Of a stretch of DNA of 64,000 nucleotides, positions 57,717 to 64,000 are shown piece by piece. The DNA comes from Nitrospirota bacterium (lineage in GTDB: Bacteria > Nitrospirota > UBA9217). The stretch covers positions 32,001 through 96,000 of the forward strand of contig JAOUEV010000002.1 in NCBI GenBank assembly GCA_029858565.1, written 5' to 3'. Every line of letters starts with the position of its first letter. Position 1 is the stretch's first letter. Made by a program: the position numbers and the translations under genes. The notes under the pieces were generated by a model. That model was not told the origin of the DNA. It saw nothing but the letters and a program-made list of their open reading frames with translations, and searched no databases.

Positions 57717-58145
57717 TCATGCCGGCTGCTTGACCGTGGTGCGGCATCGATCAAGAAGGCCGAACTTGCTTATTTCTTCGAGCAGCTTTTCCCTGCTGAT
57801 CGGCTTGACAAGGTACGCTGTCGCGCCGCCCTGGTAATACGAGGCGAAAACGTTCTTGGGCGTGTCCAGGGCCGAGATCATGAGCACCTTGACCTCATCC
57901 CGGCTTTTGACGCCCTGCGTTTTCTCGAGTTCCCGTATCCTGACGAGGGCCTCCTGCCCGTCCAGCTTCGGCATCATGATGTCCAGGCAGATCAGTTCGT
58001 ACGGCTTTTTATCCTCCCATGCAAGGCGATATGCCTGGACGGCCTCGCTGCCGTCAATGGCGATGTCGCAGTCTCCGTGCGGAGAGAGTATGTCCTTCAA
58101 GATGCGGCGCGATATGAAATCGTCTTCAACAATCAGGGTCTTCAT
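57717..58145 (-). CDS. single-domain response regulator (CheY-like)
   Basis: LIVEDD, CLDIMMPKLDG, YLVKP. Confidence 0.92.
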   Translation of the reverse strand: MKTLIVEDDFISRRILKDILSPHGDCDIAIDGSEAVQAYRLAWEDKKPYELICLDIMMPKLDGQEALVRIRELEKTQGVKSRDEVKVLMISALDTPKNVFASYYQGGATAYLVKPISREKLLEEISKFGLLDRCRTTVKQPA

Positions 58146-60049
58146 GTTTCCGTCCTCCTGGATATTGTTCCTTGCCTGTCCCGGTCGGCATTGATCCGGT
58201 CAAAAAGCGCTGCTGAACGTTCAAGGTCGCCTTTTCTTGCCGCAAGCTGGACCCTGAACGCGTCATCCGAAAGTTTGCCTAAATTCGCGGCCGCGGCGCT
58301 GTCTTTCAGCTTCCGCGCGTATTCCTCTATCAGGACATCGTTCCGGAGAGCGATTGCGCTGCTCAACGCATGAATGTGTTCCCGCACCTCGTGAAGGCCG
58401 CCGGCCCCGTCGGTTTGCCGAGCCTCGCGGTCCCGCCTCCCGTCGGGGCACTCTCCCTCTGGTCCGACGGACCACGTGACCCAATCAACAGGCGGGGCCG
58501 CCTTGGGCCGTTGAAGCCCCGCCCGAACGATAACGTAAAACGCGCTTCCCTTCCCGATCTCGCTCTCGACCCGGATGCCGCCGCCCATCAATTCCGCGAG
58601 CCTTTTCGCGATGCTTAAGCCCAGCCCGGTGCCGCCGTATTTCCGGGTGGTCGAGCTGTCGACCTGCCGGAAGGACTCGAAAATAGCATGAAGGCGATTC
58701 TGCGGTATTCCGATGCCCGTATCGCGCACGACAAAGCGCAGCGCCGTCGAGGCCCCGTTCTGCTCGTCCGCGGTCACGGAGACCGACACTTCTCCGTGAA
58801 GGGTGAACTTGATCGCGTTGTTGACCAGGTTCGTGATGATCTGTCTCAGCCTGCCGGCGTCACCGACAAGAAGGTCCGGCACAACGGCCGGGACCGCGCA
58901 GCGGAAAGCGAGGCCTTTTTTGCGAAGCTCCACGAGCAGCGGGCTGATGGAGGCCTTTACGGTTTGCCTCAGGCTGAAGGCGTGTCGGTCGAGCTCGAAC
59001 CGGCCCGATTCGATCCTGGATACATCGAGGACATCGTTCAAAAGTCGCAGCATCGCCTCGGCGGATGTTTTGCACATGCCGATATATTCGCGCTGCTGCC
59101 GGTCGGCCCCGGCATTGAGCAGCAGGTCCAACATGCCGATCACGCCGTTCATCGGGGTGCGGATCTCGTGGCTCATGTTGGCGAGGAATTCCGATTTTGC
59201 CCGTGAGGACTCGATTGCGGCCTTCCGCGCCTCGATCAATTCCTCCTCGGCCTTCTTGCGGTCCGTGATGTCCCTGACGATATGGATCAGTCCGATCACT
59301 TCCTTTTTGCCGTTGAGGCGCGGGAGCGCCCTGAATTCGAGGTGTTTGTTCAAATGCGGCTCAAAGGTCTCGAAACTGACCGGTTTCCCGGTCAGTAATG
59401 CGGCGCAGGACGGGCACCCCGGCGTCGTCGTATCGGTCCCATGATAGTGTTTGCAGCACCTCGGCTTTCCCGGAATGCATGACGACAGCCGCAGGGTCTC
59501 TCGCGCGGCCTTGTTCGCGAAAATGACATTATAGTCCCTGTCATGAATGGTGATCATGTCCGTTATCGTATTGAAGGTATTTTCCCAGTCCTGGGCCGAC
59601 TGGGCCACCGTTTCTTCAAGCAGGGCTACCGCATGCTTATCGGCCTGGATGCGCTTGAATTCGCTTATCGCGCGTTCCACGATTTGGACAAGCTGTTCAT
59701 GCCGATAGGGCTTGATAATGAAATCAAAGGCGCCTTTTTTCACGGCGTCTATCGCCATGTCCAGGTCCGCGTGCGCCGACATCAGCACCACGGGAAGGTC
59801 CCGGTCCCGTTCATGGAGCTTCTCGAGAAGCTCCAGGCCGCTCATTTCAGGCATCTTGATGTCCGAAATCACCGTTGCATAGGCGTTCTTCCGCGCAAGC
59901 TCCAGGGCTGTGACGGGATTGTCCGCAGGATCAACAGGGAATCCGTGAAGTTCCAGGAGATCCCTTACGGTTCTCAGCACCGAAGCCTCGTCGTCGACCA
60001 GCAGGACCCGCTGGTCGTTCCGGATGACTATCGTCTCGTTTGTATGCAC
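58142..60049 (-). CDS. REC-PAS-HisKA-HATPase kinase with degenerate HPt-like tail
   Basis: AKSEFLANMSHEIRTPMNG; RLRQIITNLVNNAIKFT; DTGIGI; TRKYGGTGLGL; tail ARKLKDSAAA. Confidence 0.9.
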   Translation of the reverse strand: MHTNETIVIRNDQRVLLVDDEASVLRTVRDLLELHGFPVDPADNPVTALELARKNAYATVISDIKMPEMSGLELLEKLHERDRDLPVVLMSAHADLDMAIDAVKKGAFDFIIKPYRHEQLVQIVERAISEFKRIQADKHAVALLEETVAQSAQDWENTFNTITDMITIHDRDYNVIFANKAARETLRLSSCIPGKPRCCKHYHGTDTTTPGCPSCAALLTGKPVSFETFEPHLNKHLEFRALPRLNGKKEVIGLIHIVRDITDRKKAEEELIEARKAAIESSRAKSEFLANMSHEIRTPMNGVIGMLDLLLNAGADRQQREYIGMCKTSAEAMLRLLNDVLDVSRIESGRFELDRHAFSLRQTVKASISPLLVELRKKGLAFRCAVPAVVPDLLVGDAGRLRQIITNLVNNAIKFTLHGEVSVSVTADEQNGASTALRFVVRDTGIGIPQNRLHAIFESFRQVDSSTTRKYGGTGLGLSIAKRLAELMGGGIRVESEIGKGSAFYVIVRAGLQRPKAAPPVDWVTWSVGPEGECPDGRRDREARQTDGAGGLHEVREHIHALSSAIALRNDVLIEEYARKLKDSAAAANLGKLSDDAFRVQLAARKGDLERSAALFDRINADRDRQGTISRRTET

Positions 60050-60161
60050 GGTTCTTTCCTTCCGCTGCGCGTGACGCCTTTGTCAGGGCCGGCGATGCGC
60101 GCTCCGCAAGCGCCCGGAGGACCGCCGCGGGAACATCGGCAGCAGGCGCGCCGTTCTCTCT

Positions 60162-61037
60162 TCATTGCGGCCTCCGGTAGATCGTCGGGGCCGTTGCGAC
60201 CAGCGGCACGTCCATGTTGTGGATGGTCTCGGAGTGGCCCAGGAAAAGGTAGCCGCCCGGCCCCAGGTGGCGGCAGAATTTATTCATCAGCTGCTCCTGC
60301 GTAGGCCTGTCGAAATAGATGATGACGTTGCGGCAAAAAATGACATCGATCTTGTCTCGAATGGAGAATCGGTCCTCCATGAAATTCAGCCGCTGGAATG
60401 CCACCTTTTCCCTGATCCAGGGCGCAATGCGCACGAGGTTCTTGCTGCTGTCCTTGCTCCGCAGCAGGTATTTCGCTTTCAGCTTTTCGGGGATCGGGGC
60501 CGCTCTTTCCCGGTCGTATACGGCAAGCCAGGCCTTTTCCAGCGCACGGGTGCTGATGTCCGTGGCCAGGACCTTGAAATCGAAACCCGGCCGGGTCTCG
60601 GCAAATTCGCTCAGGACCATCGCCAGGGTATAGGGCTCTTCGCCCGTGGAGCAGCCTGCGCTCCAGACGGTGATCCGCTTGCGCTCCCTCCCTGCGCCTG
60701 CATCGATGAGCGAGGGCAGGGCTTGCGCTGCAAGATAATCGAAGTGGGAGGGTTCCCTGAAAAAATCGGTCTTGTTCGTGGTGACGGCGTCGATGCAGTG
60801 GATGAGCTCGCCGTTCCTCCCTGCATCGGTGAGCAGGTATTCACGGTAATCCTTGAGCGTCGTGATGCCGAGTGCCCGCAGGCGTTTCTGCAGCCGGGCT
60901 TCAAGCATGACCCTTTTGGCAGGGGGCATTTTGATGCCGCATTCCTTCTGAATAAAGGCGCGCAGGCTGCGCTGATCGTCCCCGGGCGATGAGGACGTCA
61001 CGGGACCGGATTTCAATGAAGTCTCCACGGTAATCAT
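60162..61037 (-). CDS. cheR: chemotaxis methyltransferase
   Basis: VTTNKTDFFRE, WSAGCSTGEEPYTLAM, ATDIS, IFCRNVIIYFD, LFLGHSE; start probably 61037. Confidence 0.95.
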   Translation of the reverse strand: MITVETSLKSGPVTSSSPGDDQRSLRAFIQKECGIKMPPAKRVMLEARLQKRLRALGITTLKDYREYLLTDAGRNGELIHCIDAVTTNKTDFFREPSHFDYLAAQALPSLIDAGAGRERKRITVWSAGCSTGEEPYTLAMVLSEFAETRPGFDFKVLATDISTRALEKAWLAVYDRERAAPIPEKLKAKYLLRSKDSSKNLVRIAPWIREKVAFQRLNFMEDRFSIRDKIDVIFCRNVIIYFDRPTQEQLMNKFCRHLGPGGYLFLGHSETIHNMDVPLVATAPTIYRRPQ

Positions 61038-61214
61038 AAAGCGTAACCCCTTCCGTAGGGCAGGTCGTTCTTCGCCGTGTTTCCTGTCTGAGAGCGCGGT
61101 GCGTTCCCGGCCCCGGGCCGTTTCGGCGATTGGTCCCTCCGCTTTCTTCACGGACGAACAAGTACCTCATAGCATGGCGGCCCAGTTCCGTAATAAACCG
61201 GAATGGACCTCCGC

Positions 61215-61709
61215 TTACGCCGCAACCTCGCCGGCCTCGTGGATGTCAGCCAGTTCGTCCGACGAAAACACACTGTCGATATCGAGAATCATGAGAAAAC
61301 GGTCATTCTGCTTTCCCATGCCCTTGATGAAGTCCGTTTTCAGGTGCGTGCCGATCCGCGGCGCTGGTTCGATGTTGTCCGCGTCGAGATCCATCACCTC
61401 CTGGACGGAGTCCGCCAGCACGCCGAGAATGACGGTTTCATTGTTGACCTTCACCTCGACAATGATGACGCAGGTGTTCACTGTCTTTTCCGTCACCGTC
61501 ATTCCGAACTTCAGCCGGAGGTCGATGACCGGGACCACGCTTCCCCGGAGGTTGATGACGCCGCGCATGAATTCGGGCGTCTTCGGCACCTTGGTGACGC
61601 TGGTGAAGTCCAGTACCTCGCGGACCGTGGATATATCGAGGGCGAAGATCTCGTCCTGGAGTTTGAAGGTCAGGTACTGCGTCATTTGACTTATTTCCGC
61701 TACGCTCAT
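61215..61709 (-). CDS. cheW: chemotaxis coupling protein
   Basis: QYLTF.L..EIFALDI..VREVL, TKVPKTPEFMRGVINLRGSVVPVIDLR. Confidence 0.96.
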   Translation of the reverse strand: MSVAEISQMTQYLTFKLQDEIFALDISTVREVLDFTSVTKVPKTPEFMRGVINLRGSVVPVIDLRLKFGMTVTEKTVNTCVIIVEVKVNNETVILGVLADSVQEVMDLDADNIEPAPRIGTHLKTDFIKGMGKQNDRFLMILDIDSVFSSDELADIHEAGEVAA

Positions 61710-61726
61710 GGAAAGCCTCCTTGAAT

Positions 61727-61826
61727 CAGAAGCCAGAGGCCAGACGGTCAGAAGACAGGCGAGGGCGGCATCGTCTTATCCATAGCACCTGTCTGTCCTC
61801 TGTCCTCTGTGCTCTGTAGTCTGGTT
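61727..61826. repeat. inverted heptamer arrays (CAGAAGC-type / TCTGTCC-type)
   Basis: CAGAAGC CAGAGGC CAGACGG at 61727-61747 and TCTGTCC TCTGTCC TCTGTGC TCTGTAG TCTGGTT at 61792-61826. Confidence 0.7.
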
Positions 61827-63407
61827 CTAATATTTATCAAACTCTTTGTCCAGTTTGTCGTGGCCGTTGCCGTGCCCCAGGTCGAGCTTCACGCCCGCGC
61901 CCGCGTGGACCAGTTCCCCGGGCTGCTGAACGTCCCGCTTCTTCCCGAGGGGTTTGTGCGCAACCGGCGCGTGGACCGTCTTATGAGCGGCCTGCCGGGC
62001 AGGGGCCGCCTTCGCCTGCTTGTATGTTCCCTTGTCCGTGGTGTCGATCAGCGATGCGATCAGGTTCTGGAGCTGTTCCGCCTGGGCCGCCATTTCCTCA
62101 GCCGTGGACGCCAGTTCCTCGGACGCGGACGCGTTCTGCTGGATCACGGTGCTGAGCTGCTGGATCGCGTTGGTGATCTGCACGGTGCCCTGGTCCTGCT
62201 CCTTGCTGGCCGCGCTGATCTCCTGCACCAGTTCGGCGGTCTTTTTAATGTCCGGCACGAGCTGGTTCAGCATCTTGCCGGCCCGTTCCGCGTCCTTCAC
62301 GCTGGTGGAGGACAGCTGGCTGATCTCGGCGGCGGCCTCCTGGCTCCGCTCCGCGAGCTTCCGGACCTCGGACGCCACGACGGCAAAGCCCTTGCCGTGC
62401 TCGCCGGCCCGGGCCGCTTCGATGGCCGCGTTCAGGGCCAGCAGGTTCGTCTGGCGGGCGATCTCCTCGATGATCGAGATCTTGCTTGCAATGTCGTTCA
62501 TGGCGTTCACCGTGATCGTCACGGCCTCTCCGCTCTGCATGGCGTCGCTGGAGGCCTTGCCCGCGATCTTTTCGGTCTGCAGTGCGTTGTCCGTGTTCTG
62601 CTTTATGTTCGCGCTCATCTGCTCCATGGACGAGGTGGTTTCCTCGACCGAGGACGACTGTTCAGTGGACCCCTGGGAAAGCTCCTCTGAGCTCGAGCTT
62701 ACTTCCTGGCTTGCGGCAGCAACGTTGTCAGCAACAGACTTTACTTCACGCAGGACCCTGGTCACACCGCTGGTGATGAACAGGCCGATCGCTATTGCCA
62801 GGCCTATGGCGATTGCGACTATGATCAACAACGTCGTAACAGAGCTTGCCATCGTAGCGTCTGCATCCTCTTTCTCGGCATGAGCGACCTTCATATTCAG
62901 GTCGGTTATTTCATTCAGCAGCTTTTCCGCAACTTCAAACGTTTCATGAGCGGTGCCGAACGAGATGGCCTGGGCTTCTTTCAATTTACCGTCATTGACC
63001 AGGTCCATGACCTTTTGATGTTCTTTCTTCCATGCCTCCCAGGCAGGAACAAACTTCTTCCACAGCATCTCTTCCTCTTTTGTCTGCGGCAGCGGCTCGT
63101 AGATTTTCCAGCCCTTGTTCGCATCGTCCCATGAGCCTTTGAGATCCTCCTTCTGCGCCGCAGCGTCTTCCTTGCTTAACGCCAAGAACGAGGCTCGTTC
63201 CGCCTTTTGAATCGCGGTCTGGGCCTCGTTCAGGATCCCGAGCGCATAAATGCTCGGCATCCTGACGTCGGATATGTCGGTCAGGTCTTCTTCGATTTTA
63301 TACATCCCGATGTAACCGATCAATCCGACGATTCCGGCGATCATGGCAACCAACAAGAAGCCGCTGATCAATTTTGCGCCGATCTTTAAATTATTAAACC
63401 ACTTCAT
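61827..63407 (-). CDS. methyl-accepting chemotaxis protein (four-helix-bundle sensor)
   Basis: Two TM helices; [40 protein letters not shown]; C-terminal EFDKY pentapeptide. Confidence 0.96.
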   Translation of the reverse strand: MKWFNNLKIGAKLISGFLLVAMIAGIVGLIGYIGMYKIEEDLTDISDVRMPSIYALGILNEAQTAIQKAERASFLALSKEDAAAQKEDLKGSWDDANKGWKIYEPLPQTKEEEMLWKKFVPAWEAWKKEHQKVMDLVNDGKLKEAQAISFGTAHETFEVAEKLLNEITDLNMKVAHAEKEDADATMASSVTTLLIIVAIAIGLAIAIGLFITSGVTRVLREVKSVADNVAAASQEVSSSSEELSQGSTEQSSSVEETTSSMEQMSANIKQNTDNALQTEKIAGKASSDAMQSGEAVTITVNAMNDIASKISIIEEIARQTNLLALNAAIEAARAGEHGKGFAVVASEVRKLAERSQEAAAEISQLSSTSVKDAERAGKMLNQLVPDIKKTAELVQEISAASKEQDQGTVQITNAIQQLSTVIQQNASASEELASTAEEMAAQAEQLQNLIASLIDTTDKGTYKQAKAAPARQAAHKTVHAPVAHKPLGKKRDVQQPGELVHAGAGVKLDLGHGNGHDKLDKEFDKY

Positions 63408-63494
63408 AGCTATTTCCTCCTTTGGGTTGGTATTTCTGCAACATGGTTATTTCATGCGCTTTCTCAGGTCGTTAGAAGCGTATCAGCGTCTTCA

Positions 63495-64000
63495 TCATGT
63501 GATTCCTCCTTCAAACGGTTCTTGCCGGGTCTTCCCTGTTTGTTTAGTTCCTTTCGTCACGAGGGCCGTTTGTTCCTCGTTCTCCATCTGTTGAATGAGT
63601 CGCGGCGCATCCAGGATCAGCGCAACGGCGCCGTCCCCCAGGATCGTCGCTCCGGAGATGCCGTCGATGTCCTTGTAAATGCTCCCCAGGTTCTTGATCA
63701 CCGTCTGGTGTCCGCCGACTACGCGGTCCACCACGAAACCGGCGCGCCGGCCTTCTATCGAGACGATCACGATCTGCTCCCGGGGCGGCCTTTCCCCCGT
63801 GATCCTGAATTGTTCGCGGAGCCGTATGTATGGCACGATCTTTCCCCGCACATGGGCCAGGTCCCGTCCATTGGCCTTTTGAATGTCCATTCGGGTCAGC
63901 TCAACGCATTCCTCCACCAGGGAAAGCGGCATGATGAACGACTCCGCGCCGATCTTGACCAGGAGCCCTTCGATGATCGCGAGGGTGAGGGGGAGCTTCA
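63495..64000 (-). CDS. cheA: chemotaxis histidine kinase CheA, 3' part (P5/CheW domain); runs off the window
   Basis: KLPLTLAIIEGLLV...FIMPLSLVEEC...VVGGHQTVIKNLG...ISGATILGDGAVALILD. Confidence 0.93.
   Translation of the reverse strand, partial: KLPLTLAIIEGLLVKIGAESFIMPLSLVEECVELTRMDIQKANGRDLAHVRGKIVPYIRLREQFRITGERPPREQIVIVSIEGRRAGFVVDRVVGGHQTVIKNLGSIYKDIDGISGATILGDGAVALILDAPRLIQQMENEEQTALVTKGTKQTGKTRQEPFEGGIT

Noticed and set aside
484-63882. Numerous long overlapping and antisense ORFs in the track (e.g. 6813..8075, 32567..33895, 49797..51104)
   Set aside because: Shadows of real genes expected in GC-rich DNA; no motifs or RBS, and they fully overlap well-supported CDSs.
1-64000. tRNA (including selC), rRNA, IS transposases, prophage genes
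   Set aside because: None recognised by eye; tRNAscan-SE, Infernal and ISEScan runs would be needed to exclude them formally.

Overview
GC-rich chromosomal window from an anaerobic, selenocysteine-using bacterium; gene content suggests Nitrospirota or Desulfobacterota (inference). 1-17 kb is a redox region: OsmC, cardiolipin synthase, rubrerythrin, a HydC/HydB-like + formate dehydrogenase operon, AOR, a RACo-type ATPase, a radical SAM RiPP pair (SbtM/SbtA) and MsrA. Three genes in it are broken in the ORF track by in-frame TGA codons best read as selenocysteine: FDH alpha (U350), a C-GCAxxG-C-C protein (U18) and a 64-aa SbtA-type precursor with three U residues in repeated S/G-U-G-G motifs. 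After an amino-acid ABC transporter comes an AT-richer, integrase-less cassette relic (one well-formed attC site, mazEF, relE-phd, mrr and other gene fragments), then a lone type IIA topoisomerase B subunit and a Csu-like chaperone-usher pilus operon whose usher has an OmpA-like tail. The trp operon is interrupted between trpB and trpA. The rest holds a cyclic-nucleotide module (HD-GYP, CRP, CHASE2 cyclase, PDE), accD, DUF362, hybrid kinases and the 3' part of a chemotaxis operon. Two window-wide patterns stand out: many sigma70 promoters lie 5-9 nt from the start codon (leaderless mRNA candidates), and heptamer tandem/inverted repeat arrays follow several stop codons. No rRNA, tRNA, CRISPR array or transposase was recognised. 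All family assignments are from motif recognition by eye, with no database searches.
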